Position numbers and translations under genes: made by a program. Below are positions 17,531-25,967 of a stretch of 64,000 nt of DNA, piece by piece (the first letter of the stretch is position 1; each line of letters starts with the position of its first letter). Under the pieces are notes generated by a model, which made no database searches, was not told the DNA's origin, and worked only from the letters and a program-made list of their open reading frames with translations. This stretch comes from an uncultured bacterium (lineage in GTDB: Bacteria; Methylomirabilota; Methylomirabilia; Methylomirabilales; CSP1-5), in assembly GCA_964558395.1 (NCBI GenBank), contig CAZLDS010000003.1, positions 13,830 to 77,829 on the forward strand. Reading direction: 5' to 3'.

Positions 17531-19771
17531 ATGGTGCAGGATCGCGACATCGACAGAGACCAGGGGAGGCAGACGCGGCTGATCATCGCGGTGGCCGCTG
17601 GGCTCGTCGTGGTGCTCACTGCAGCCGAAGTCCTGATCCACCAACTCCGTTTTCCGTCCCCCATTCCGAGTAATATCCTGATCTTTGCCCTGGTTAACGT
17701 AAATCTTATTCTCTTGATCCTCATCATCGTCCTGCTCTTTCGGAATCTCTTTAGGATCTATCTTGAGCGCCGGGATAACCTCTTGGGGTCCAAGTTCCGG
17801 GTGAAGTTGGTGGTGACCTTCTTGAGTCTCGCGCTGTTGCCCGCAGCCCTGCTCTTCCTGGTGGCGTCCAACCTTATCACCACCAGCGTGGACAGTTGGT
17901 TTAACATCCGGGTGGAAGAATCGCTCGAGCGCTCCCTCGAGGTGGCGGAGGCCTATTATCAGGGCGCTCATGACCGATCCCTCTCGACGGCCAGGCAGAT
18001 CGGTCGGCGCATCGCCGTCGAGGGCCTCATGGACGCGAGCGAGCCCTACCTCAATCGGGTCGCCAAGGAGAAGCTCCAAGAATTCCAGCTCGCCATGGTC
18101 CAGGTTTTTGACCGTAAGGGACGACAGCGGCTCCAGATCCGCGGGGAACAGATCACGAAGGGGGAATCGGTCACGCCGGCCTCCCACTTTGTCCATCGGG
18201 CCTTGGAGGGTCACGAGCAGTCCTTCGTTCAAGCGACCTCGACGGGGGACCTCGTTCAGGGGATCGTGCCGATCGTTGTCCCCGCAGGGAAAACCCAGAT
18301 CCTAGGCGCTGCCGCGGTGGGGTATCTCATCCCGGGGGGGATGGCGCACAGGACCACGGACATCGTCACGGGGATCAAAGAATACAAACAACTGAAGTTG
18401 TTGCAGAATCCGATCAAGGGTATTTACGTCATGCTCTTCTTGATGGTCACCTTGGTGATCATCTTTGCTGCCGTCTGGGTAGGCGTGCACATGACCCGGC
18501 GGATTACCGTCCCCATCCAAGAGCTGGCCGAGGGGACCCGGGCCGTGGCAGCCGGGAATTTGGACTATCGGGTGCAGGTAGAGGCCGATGATGAGATTGG
18601 GATCCTGGTGGATTCCTTTAACCGGATGACTGAGGACTTGCGTCGAAGCGATCTGGAGCTCACGGATACGAACCGGGACCTGCAGCGGACCAACGTCGAG
18701 CTGAACCAGCGGCGGGCATATATGGAGACGGTCTTGGAAAGTATTGGGGCCGGCGTCCTTTCCGTGGACGTAGAGGGACGGGTAAACACCCTGAACTACG
18801 CGGCGTCTCGGATGCTGACCCTCGACCCCCCAGAGGCCCTGCAGCGGCACTATCGAATGGTCTTCGCCTCGGAACCCCTGACCCCTCTCTGTCATCTGAT
18901 GGACCGCATGGTCCGTGAGGGCCGGGGGGCCGTGAATGAACAGGTGACCCTCTCCCTCCCCAATCGTTCCGCCACCTTCATGGTGAATGTCTCGAGCCTC
19001 ATGGATCGGGGAGGGCAATATCTCGGGATGGTGGTTGTATTTGATGACGTCACCCAGCTCATCCTGGCCCAGCAGGCCATGGCCTGGGGTGAAGTTGCCC
19101 GGCGAATCGCCCATGAGATCAAAAACCCGTTGACCCCCATCAAGCTCTCTACCCAGCGCCTACGGAAGAAGTTCGCCGAACGGTCTGCGGAGTTTTCAGG
19201 GGTGTTCGACCAGTGTACCCAGACCATCATTCATGAGGTAGATGCGCTGAAGGCCTTGGTGGATGAATTCTCCCGCTACGCGCGCATGCCGACCTCGTCT
19301 CCTCGATCGGGAGATCTTCATGCGCTGATCGACCAAGTCCTCAATCTCTACTCGGGAGTCTCACGCCGTGCACACCTGGCCGCAGTTCTCGATCCCCACG
19401 TGCCTCCCGTGAATCTCGACCCGGATCACATGAAACGAGCACTCATCAATCTGGTTGACAACGCGGTCACGGCGGTGGAAGAGGTAGGGGAAGCAGGAGA
19501 GATCTGCCTGACAACTCGGTACTTCCCGGAGGAGGGAAAGGTTCGGCTGGAGGTGACCGACACGGGCCCCGGCATTCCGCCAGGCGATCGGGAGCGTCTC
19601 TTTCTCCCGTACTTTTCCACCAAGAAGGCCGGGACCGGACTGGGTCTCGCTATTGTATATCGTATTGTCACGGAACATAGTGGAACCATTCGGGTGGAAG
19701 AGAATCGCCCGAGAGGTACCCGGATGGTCATTGAGTTTCCCGCCCTGCCGGTGGTGGCTGAGGTGGTGTGA
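17531..19771 (+). CDS. sensor histidine kinase, NtrY-like (TM-HAMP-PAS-HisKA-HATPase)
   Basis: N-terminal TM helices, HAMP (PIQELAEGTRAVAAGNLDYRV....DEIG.L..SFN.M), a PAS region, H-box AHEIKNPLTPI, and N/G boxes (DNAV..., DTGPGI, GTGLGLAIV). Confidence 0.85.
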   Translation: MVQDRDIDRDQGRQTRLIIAVAAGLVVVLTAAEVLIHQLRFPSPIPSNILIFALVNVNLILLILIIVLLFRNLFRIYLERRDNLLGSKFRVKLVVTFLSLALLPAALLFLVASNLITTSVDSWFNIRVEESLERSLEVAEAYYQGAHDRSLSTARQIGRRIAVEGLMDASEPYLNRVAKEKLQEFQLAMVQVFDRKGRQRLQIRGEQITKGESVTPASHFVHRALEGHEQSFVQATSTGDLVQGIVPIVVPAGKTQILGAAAVGYLIPGGMAHRTTDIVTGIKEYKQLKLLQNPIKGIYVMLFLMVTLVIIFAAVWVGVHMTRRITVPIQELAEGTRAVAAGNLDYRVQVEADDEIGILVDSFNRMTEDLRRSDLELTDTNRDLQRTNVELNQRRAYMETVLESIGAGVLSVDVEGRVNTLNYAASRMLTLDPPEALQRHYRMVFASEPLTPLCHLMDRMVREGRGAVNEQVTLSLPNRSATFMVNVSSLMDRGGQYLGMVVVFDDVTQLILAQQAMAWGEVARRIAHEIKNPLTPIKLSTQRLRKKFAERSAEFSGVFDQCTQTIIHEVDALKALVDEFSRYARMPTSSPRSGDLHALIDQVLNLYSGVSRRAHLAAVLDPHVPPVNLDPDHMKRALINLVDNAVTAVEEVGEAGEICLTTRYFPEEGKVRLEVTDTGPGIPPGDRERLFLPYFSTKKAGTGLGLAIVYRIVTEHSGTIRVEENRPRGTRMVIEFPALPVVAEVV

Positions 19772-21177
19772 GGTTGGCCGTGGCGCGCGCAGACATTCTG
19801 GTCGTGGATGACGAAACCAACATCCTCAGGGTGATTGGGGACATTCTGACCGATGAAGGGTATCGAGTGCGGACTGCCCATAGTGGGGAAGAGGCCGTCG
19901 CGGAAGTCCAGCGCGCGTGTCCCGACCTCGTGATCTTGGATATCTGGCTGCCAGGGATGGATGGACTCCAGGCCCTTGATATCCTCCATGGGATGCTCCC
20001 CGAAATCCCAGTCATCATGATCTCCGGACACGGGAACATCGAGACGGCAGTCCGGGCCATCAAGATGGGAGCGTACGACTTTATCGAAAAACCGCCAACG
20101 ATCGAGCGGACCATCTTGGCGGTCCGGCACGGCTTGGAGCAGCAGCGCCTGGTGCGAGAGAATCGGGCACTACGGCAGACCCTGGAGCGGCAGTATGAGA
20201 TCGTAGGCGAAAGTGCAGCGATCCGCGGGATTTTGCAGCAGGTTGAGTCGGTCGCCCCCAGTCATGGGCGGGTCTTGATCCGAGGGGAGAGTGGAACCGG
20301 CAAGGAACTGATTGCCAGGGCCATTCATTGCGCAAGCCTCCGCCGGGAGGGGCCCTTTGTGGAGGTCAACTGTGCCGCAATTCCCGACGACCTGATCGAG
20401 AGCGAGCTGTTCGGCCATGAGAAAGGGGCCTTCACTGGGGCCCTCACGAGTCGCCGCGGGAAATTCGAGCTGGCCGACGGGGGGACCCTTTTTCTTGACG
20501 AGGTTGGCGACATGAGCCTCAAGACACAGGCCAAGGTCCTTCGCGTGCTTGAGGAGCAGGCCTTTGAACGGGTAGGGGGGGCCGAGGTCATCCGGGTCGA
20601 CGTGCGGGTTATTGCCGCCTCCAATAAGGATTTAGAAGAAGAGACTCGCGCGGGGCGATTCCGGGAGGATCTCTACTACCGCCTAAATGTTGTCCCTGTT
20701 GAGGTTCTGCCCCTCCGGGAGCGCCTGGAAGATATTCCGCTACTCGCCCGACACTTCCTCAAGGGCTTCTGTACGGAGTACGGGAAGAAGGAAAAAAGCC
20801 TGTCCCCGGACGCGGTGGAACTGTTCTTGCGCCATCCTTGGCCGGGGAACGTTCGGGAGCTCAGGAACGTGATTGAGCGCCTCGTGATCATGGTTCCTGG
20901 GGAGGTCATTCAGCGCTTCCACGTGGAGCCAGCCTTGCACGCGCGGCCGATCCGGGAGGAGGAAATCTCGTTCGTCCCCGACGTTTCGGGGGCGGCGTCG
21001 CTCCGGGAAGCACGAAACCGATTCGAACGGGAGTATATCCTGATGCACCTGCGAGAAAATCAGTGGAACGTCACGCGGACGGCTGAGCGGCTCAAGATCG
21101 AGCGGTCAAACCTCCACCGGAAGCTGAAAGCATACGGCATCGAAGGCCCGCCCGAACAGGAGACCCATTCATCATGA
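19768..21177 (+). CDS. sigma54-dependent response regulator (REC-AAA+-HTH; NtrX/NtrC-like)
   Basis: REC domain (ILVVDDE...DLVILDIWLPGMDG), AAA+ domain (GESGTGKE, GAFTGA, loop region ESELFGHEKGAFTG) and a C-terminal Fis-type HTH. Confidence 0.9.
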   Translation: MRLAVARADILVVDDETNILRVIGDILTDEGYRVRTAHSGEEAVAEVQRACPDLVILDIWLPGMDGLQALDILHGMLPEIPVIMISGHGNIETAVRAIKMGAYDFIEKPPTIERTILAVRHGLEQQRLVRENRALRQTLERQYEIVGESAAIRGILQQVESVAPSHGRVLIRGESGTGKELIARAIHCASLRREGPFVEVNCAAIPDDLIESELFGHEKGAFTGALTSRRGKFELADGGTLFLDEVGDMSLKTQAKVLRVLEEQAFERVGGAEVIRVDVRVIAASNKDLEEETRAGRFREDLYYRLNVVPVEVLPLRERLEDIPLLARHFLKGFCTEYGKKEKSLSPDAVELFLRHPWPGNVRELRNVIERLVIMVPGEVIQRFHVEPALHARPIREEEISFVPDVSGAASLREARNRFEREYILMHLRENQWNVTRTAERLKIERSNLHRKLKAYGIEGPPEQETHSS

Positions 21178-21247
21178 GGTCGTCATTCCGTGAGGCAGGC
21201 GGCAGGGGTATTGACCGTTTGGAAGGACCCTTGGCAGAGATGGTGAT

Positions 21248-21700
21248 ATGAGTCGACCACCGATTCGACGGCGCCGATTCTACATCCATGGGATTCAGCG
21301 GAAGTATTTATTCCTTTCGCTCGTCCCTATCATTATCTCCTCTTTCTTGATCATTGCTTTCCTCTTCCTCCCGCTGGATACACTCCTGTTCTCCTCGGCC
21401 TCCCCCGCTGCGAAGCAGGCCATCATGCAGGATCTTCGGGGCCTGGGGTTTCGGATCTGGCCAGCCATTTTTATCGCCATGCTTGTGTCGGGTTGCTTGA
21501 GCGTTTTCGTCACCCACCCCTTTGCCGGGCCGATTTACCGGTTCCACCGGTTGGTGGATCAGATGGCGGAGGGCGATCTCTCTGCCCGATTCAAGCTGGG
21601 GAAAGGCGATGATCTCACGGACTTAGAGACCGCCGTGAACCGTGCGCTCGCAAGTCTGGCCGGAACCGTCCAGGACACCAGCGCCCCCTGGGAGATCTGA
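21248..21700 (+). CDS. small two-TM HAMP-domain protein (possibly truncated by a frameshift; see findings)
   Basis: Two hydrophobic helices are followed by P.AGPIYRF.RLVDQMAEGDLSARF.LGKGDDL.DLE.A.N, a HAMP-like region. Confidence 0.6.
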   Translation: MSRPPIRRRRFYIHGIQRKYLFLSLVPIIISSFLIIAFLFLPLDTLLFSSASPAAKQAIMQDLRGLGFRIWPAIFIAMLVSGCLSVFVTHPFAGPIYRFHRLVDQMAEGDLSARFKLGKGDDLTDLETAVNRALASLAGTVQDTSAPWEI

Positions 21701-21860
21701 CCCAGCGGCTCGAAAGGATCCTTTCGGGGGGCTGGGAAGGGCCGGACCTCTTCCCCAAAGAGGATCTCGCTGAACTCCTCGGGAAGGCCCGGGAGGCGCA
21801 GACGGTTCTGGTGCGGCTAAAGGTCGCAGAGGCAAAGACCGGCTGATCCCCTCCCAAAAA

Positions 21861-21902
21861 CCGATAACCGACCACCGACGACCCACGACCCACGACCGCA
21901 AG
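21861..21902. repeat. tandem heptamers CCGATAA CCGACCA CCGACGA CCCACGA CCCACGA CCGCAAG
   Basis: Six phased units read directly from the sequence. Confidence 0.8.
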
Positions 21903-22073
21903 AAGCCCCTGTGATCCCTGCTACGGTTGTTGTTGAATGACGGCCATCGGCCGTCGAAAAGCGGGCATCGGCCTTCGGCGGAATGCCCAGAGGCTGAATC
22001 CCTTGGTGGAAGGCCAGCCTTAGTGATAAAATAACGATGGAAGCTTTCTCCGGGTGAGATAAGCCATGTTGTC

Positions 22074-23189
22074 GTGCGGCAGTCGATGGAGAGGCGGACA
22101 GCGATGATGACCTGCATGGGCTGTACTAAGATAAACAGGCGAGGGTTTCTTCGGAGCGCGGTGCTGCTTGGTGGAGGCATGATCGGGTATCTGCTCCGAG
22201 GCCACCTGCCGGCGTGGGCCTTCTCGGTGATTTCCGAGGAACAGGAAGAAGCCATGGGGAGGAAGGCCCATCAGCAGGTCCTCGCCCAGTTTGGCTATTA
22301 CAACGATGCGAGCCTTCAGGCCTTTGTGACCCAGGTGGGCCAGCGAGTCCTACGGGAGGCGGAATCCAGCCCTTTCAAATTTCAGTTCACCGTCGTCGAC
22401 GATCCCATGGTCAACGCCTTCGCTGTGCCCGGCGGCTATGTCTACGTCACACGCGGAATCTTGGCCGAGCTCAATAGCGAGGCAGAGCTCGCGACAATCC
22501 TGGGACATGAGATCGCTCATGTCACCTCCCATCATTCGGCCCAACAGATGACCCGAGCGATGGGCGCCCAGCTCTTGGCGTTGGGCCTGGCCGTCGTGAG
22601 TCCGGGAGGGGAGCAGAACAGGGCGGGGTGGACTGCGATCTCCAATGAGATCGCTACCCAAATCCTGCTGGGGTACGGTCGCGATGCGGAGAACGAAGCA
22701 GATGAAAAGGGGCTCAAGTGGGCGGTAAAGGCGGGCTACGATCCGCGGGGGATGCTCGGCTTCTTGCGGAACCTGCAGATTAAATATCGGTTGAGCGGCA
22801 TCGGATATCATCCCCTCCGCGCGACACACCCGGAAATTCTCGAGCGGATCGACCGAGACCGGGTCATGATCGAGGTCCTGACCGAGGAGGCCAAGGAACC
22901 CTTTGAGGTGAAAGCCGATGAGTACAAGGCCCGCCTGGATGGGATGGTCTATGGCAAGCGCGGCGAAAAGAAAGAGGTACGGGTCATTGCGGCGCCGGGT
23001 GGTGGGAGCGTGAAGGACATCACCAAGGCCCTCTGGGGTACGGAGAATCGGGCTTGGGAGCTGGCCATGCTCAACGGTATCCGGGATCAGGACCGCCCCC
23101 TACATCCAGGCGAGAAGATCAAGATGATCTACGACCCCTCCGAAGAACCCCCGCCGAGATTTCAAGATCTCTCGCTGTCGATCCACTAG
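22074..23189 (+). CDS. M48-family Zn metallopeptidase with a Tat-type signal and a C-terminal LysM-like domain
   Basis: HEIAHVTSHH contains HExxH. The N-terminus has RRGFLRSAVLLGGG (twin-arginine). The C-terminal roughly 50 aa resemble LysM. The exact start is uncertain. Confidence 0.75.
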   Translation: MRQSMERRTAMMTCMGCTKINRRGFLRSAVLLGGGMIGYLLRGHLPAWAFSVISEEQEEAMGRKAHQQVLAQFGYYNDASLQAFVTQVGQRVLREAESSPFKFQFTVVDDPMVNAFAVPGGYVYVTRGILAELNSEAELATILGHEIAHVTSHHSAQQMTRAMGAQLLALGLAVVSPGGEQNRAGWTAISNEIATQILLGYGRDAENEADEKGLKWAVKAGYDPRGMLGFLRNLQIKYRLSGIGYHPLRATHPEILERIDRDRVMIEVLTEEAKEPFEVKADEYKARLDGMVYGKRGEKKEVRVIAAPGGGSVKDITKALWGTENRAWELAMLNGIRDQDRPLHPGEKIKMIYDPSEEPPPRFQDLSLSIH

Positions 23190-23249
23190 CACTCGGATGC
23201 CCGTTCGTCCGATTTCCGGGGAAGAGCCAGCATTGCAGAAGGAGGCGCG

Positions 23250-23483
23250 ATGATAAAGGGGTACGTCCTGGTCCGGTTGGTCCCGGGGTTTGAGTCACCC
23301 GCGATTTCTCACATCAGTGTGATTCCTGGGGTGAAGGATATTATTGCGGTTTTTGGCCGATGGGATGCGATCATCCACGTGGAAGCGAAAAACCTCACCT
23401 CACTCTCCCGCCTCGTCATCGGCCAGATTCGAGGCATCCAGGGTGTGCAGGCCACCGAGACGTTGGTGGCGGCGGGCCCGTGA
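23250..23483 (+). CDS. stand-alone Lrp/AsnC ligand-binding (RAM) domain protein
   Basis: 77 aa. The pattern YVL....G.......I..IPGV.....V.G.WD.I..VEA.....L..LV...I..I.GV..T.T matches AsnC-type small proteins. AAGGAGG precedes the ATG. Confidence 0.7.
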   Translation: MIKGYVLVRLVPGFESPAISHISVIPGVKDIIAVFGRWDAIIHVEAKNLTSLSRLVIGQIRGIQGVQATETLVAAGP

Positions 23484-23494
23484 CCGAGGGGACT

Positions 23495-23934
23495 ATGGGA
23501 GTTGAGATTGGCAGCAAAAGCCGCGCGAAGCAGGATCGGAATACAGGAGGTGTCTTCCGGAGGGGGGCCGTGCAAAGGGTGGTGTGGCATATCCTATGCA
23601 TGCTCCTGCTGTTGCTGGCGGTCGCCGCCGAGGCGTCGGAGTTTCCGGCACGGACGAAGGCTCAAGCCCGCGTGACCTTAGAGCTTCATGCGGTGGAAAT
23701 CGAGCACCTGATTGCGGTCATCGGGCGGGCGAGTGGATTGAACATCGTCGTCGGGAACCCGGTCCAGGGGCGCGTCACGGTGTACCTCAAGGATGTCCCA
23801 TGGCAGCAGGCGCTCGAGCCCATCCTGCGGGCAAACGGCTATGGCTACATCCGCCAGGGAACGTTATTCGCATCGATACGCTGAACATCTTGCGGAGGGA
23901 ACGCGAGCGCCGGCTGGCTCGACGAGGTTGTTGA
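23495..23934 (+). pseudogene. orphan secretin-type N-terminal (N0/NolW-like) domain fragment, frameshifted near 23857-23860
   Basis: Signal-like VVWHILCMLLLLLAVAAEA, then VTLELHAVEIEHLIAVIGRASGLNIVVGNPVQGRVTVYLKDVPWQQALEPILRANGY. The motif continues in another frame as GNVIRIDTLN. No secretin C-domain follows. Confidence 0.5.
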
Positions 23935-24002
23935 GCCTGGGGAAATATGCACCCCGTTCGGCGATGACGAACGCGGCTCGTGATCTCGCCGCGCGGGAAT
24001 AG

Positions 24003-24149
24003 GTGGGTGCCGTGGCGCAGGAGCCGGATATTCGTTTTTGTCCGTACTGTTCCCTGATGGAGTTCAATATGGCGACGGTGGAGAACAATGTCCACTGTGA
24101 ACTCTGCGGCGTTGACGTGCCAGTCGAGGAGCTGGTGACGGCCATCTAG
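24003..24149 (+). CDS. hypothetical 48-aa zinc-ribbon micro-protein
   Basis: An unlisted ORF (GTG 24003 or 24012 to TAG 24147-24149) encodes ...FCPYCSLMEFNMATVENNVHCELCGVDV..., a CxxC-N17-CxxC pattern. Third codon positions are GC-rich. The RBS is weak. Confidence 0.35.
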   Translation: MGAVAQEPDIRFCPYCSLMEFNMATVENNVHCELCGVDVPVEELVTAI

Positions 24150-24217
24150 GCGAGGCCGTTACCGTGTGAGCTGGGCGCGGTTCTCGGGGACCGTGCCTTT
24201 TTGTTTTCGGGCCCCCG

Positions 24218-25339
24218 ATGAAGAAGAAGATGCGAAACGCTCTCCTGACTATGCTCCTCGTCACTTCTGTCGTCGTGGGTGGAATCCTCCTCACTCCATG
24301 GGGGCAAGATGCCCTCCTGGCCGGCCTGCTCCTGCAAGAGATGACCTCGGGAGGCGAAGGGTTCTTGTCCACTTTGACGGAGTTGCCCAGGCGAGAAACG
24401 GTGACCCTGAGAACGCCTGGGCGGGAGTTTTACGCCGACCTCTACCTGCCATCCGAAGCCGAAGGCCGGGGAGGAATCCTTCTCCTGCACGGGCTCGATC
24501 CCGAGGGGAGACGGCACCCCCAACTCGTACACTTGGCCTACGCCCTGGCGCGGGCCCGAAGGGTGATCCTCGTGCCAGATCTCCATGGTCTCAAGGGCCT
24601 ACGCATGCGCGTGGAGGACACGCGGGATGTGATACGGAGCTTTCAGTATCTGGAAGGGCGACCCGAGGTTGCTCCGGATGCGATAGGGATAGCGGGCATT
24701 AGCATGGCGGCGGGTCCTGGACTGATCGCCGCCGCAGACGCTGCGATCCGGGAACGGGTGCGCGTTGTGGTGTCCTTTGGCGGGTATGCCGATTTACGAT
24801 CCGTTATCACGTTCGTTACCACGGGGTATTATGGCTTCAAAGAGGTCACCGGCTACGTCCCTCCCCGCGATGTCGTCCGGTCCCTGTTTCTTCAATCCAA
24901 CATGGATATGCTTCCCGAAGAGGATCGAAAAGAGGTTGAAGCGCTGCTCGGGAGCGGGCCACTCCCATCGGCTCCGCCGCACGCGCTGAGCCGTGAGGCG
25001 AACGCCCTGTATCGCGTCGTCGTCAATCGAGACCAAGCGGCGAGTCCGGCTCTCCTTGCCGCCTTGCCTGATCCAATTCGTCGAGAGATCGAGGGCCTCT
25101 CTCCCATCAGCCAGCTTCACAACTTACGGGCAGAGGTCTTCCTCGTGCATAGCATTCCCGATCCTTTCGTCCCCCACACCGAGAGTCTGAAGCTGTACGA
25201 GGCGCTCCGGGAGCGGGGAAAGGTGCATCTCGTTCTGGTCCGACTGTTTCAGCATGTGGAGCCGGTGAGTAGCATTCCGGTCACGGAGGCCTTCGCATTT
25301 TATGGGTTCCTCTTTCAGGTACTCAGGCAGTTGTCCTGA
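24218..25339 (+). CDS. membrane-anchored alpha/beta-hydrolase-fold protein
   Basis: N-terminal TM helix, an HG-type oxyanion motif (LLLHGL), a nucleophile elbow GISMAAG, and a C-terminal His (LFQHVEP). Family not assigned. Confidence 0.5.
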   Translation: MKKKMRNALLTMLLVTSVVVGGILLTPWGQDALLAGLLLQEMTSGGEGFLSTLTELPRRETVTLRTPGREFYADLYLPSEAEGRGGILLLHGLDPEGRRHPQLVHLAYALARARRVILVPDLHGLKGLRMRVEDTRDVIRSFQYLEGRPEVAPDAIGIAGISMAAGPGLIAAADAAIRERVRVVVSFGGYADLRSVITFVTTGYYGFKEVTGYVPPRDVVRSLFLQSNMDMLPEEDRKEVEALLGSGPLPSAPPHALSREANALYRVVVNRDQAASPALLAALPDPIRREIEGLSPISQLHNLRAEVFLVHSIPDPFVPHTESLKLYEALRERGKVHLVLVRLFQHVEPVSSIPVTEAFAFYGFLFQVLRQLS

Positions 25340-25380
25340 TGTCCGCCTGGGCGATTCCGTCCGGAGGCTTGGTGAAGTGT

Positions 25381-25421
25381 TCCGAAAAGAAAGAAAGGCT
25401 CGGGATATTCTGGACCTTTCT
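25381..25421 (-). terminator. candidate intrinsic terminator of the cold-shock gene
   Basis: On the minus strand the stem is AGAAAGG (rc of 25415-25421) / CCTTTCT (rc of 25392-25398) with a 16-nt loop, followed by TTCTTTTCGG. The stem is AT-rich. Confidence 0.35.
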
Positions 25422-25438
25422 GAAAGACAGGGGGGAAA

Positions 25439-25648
25439 TTACAGCTTGGTCACGTTGGTGGCCTGCTTACCCTTCGGGCCGTCAACGATGTCAAACTCTA
25501 CTTCCTGGCCCTCCGTAAGCGACCGGAAGCCGGTCCCTGCGATGGCCGTATAGTGCACAAAGACATCATCCCCATCGGAGCGCTCGATAAAGCCGAATCC
25601 CTTTGAGTCATTGAACCACTTCACCTTGCCTGTGACCCGCACTTCCAT
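25439..25648 (-). CDS. cold-shock protein (CspA family)
   Basis: 69 aa: [36 protein letters not shown]...G.R.L.EGQ.VEFDIV.G.KG.QA.NV, with RNP1/RNP2 motifs. The track ORF extension upstream is treated as leader. Confidence 0.95.
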   Translation of the reverse strand: MEVRVTGKVKWFNDSKGFGFIERSDGDDVFVHYTAIAGTGFRSLTEGQEVEFDIVDGPKGKQATNVTKL

Positions 25649-25832
25649 TCCTCCTTTCCCTCCATCATTCCAGGAGTAGGAACCCTGGCCCAGTGGAGTG
25701 GTGCGATGCAGAAAAACCACGAGGGCTCTGGACATTCCCTCCGCGGTCAGACGGACCAAGGCCATCAAAAACGACTCGGCACACCACGGATGCCGAGTAA
25801 CATTCCAGGTCCCTGTCCTAAAAAGCAGGCGA

Positions 25833-25861
25833 AATCTAGGGAATTTCCAAAATGTTGTCAA
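25833..25861 (-). promoter_or_regulatory. sigma70-type promoter candidate for the cold-shock gene
   Basis: On the minus strand: TTGACA (25861-25856), a 17-nt spacer, then TAGATT (25838-25833). This implies a leader of about 178 nt. Confidence 0.45.
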
Positions 25862-25882
25862 GTCTTTTTTGCCCAGGTGATA

Positions 25883-25909
25883 TTGACTTTCGCGGATTGG
25901 TTCTATAAT
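25883..25909 (+). promoter_or_regulatory. promoter candidate for galU (divergent from the csp promoter)
   Basis: TTGACT (25883-25888), a 15-nt spacer (short), then TATAAT (25904-25909). Confidence 0.35.
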
Positions 25910-25967
25910 CTTGATTTCGTGGACGTGAGGCGTGGGCGATGATGGAGGATGAGGTGAGAGGAGCCCG

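Noticed and set aside
21623-22255. 210-aa minus-strand ORF across the HAMP-M48 gap.
   Set aside because: It has no motifs or RBS, overlaps the M48 start and the HAMP 3' end, and runs through the heptamer array and hairpins. It is judged to be a spurious mirror ORF.
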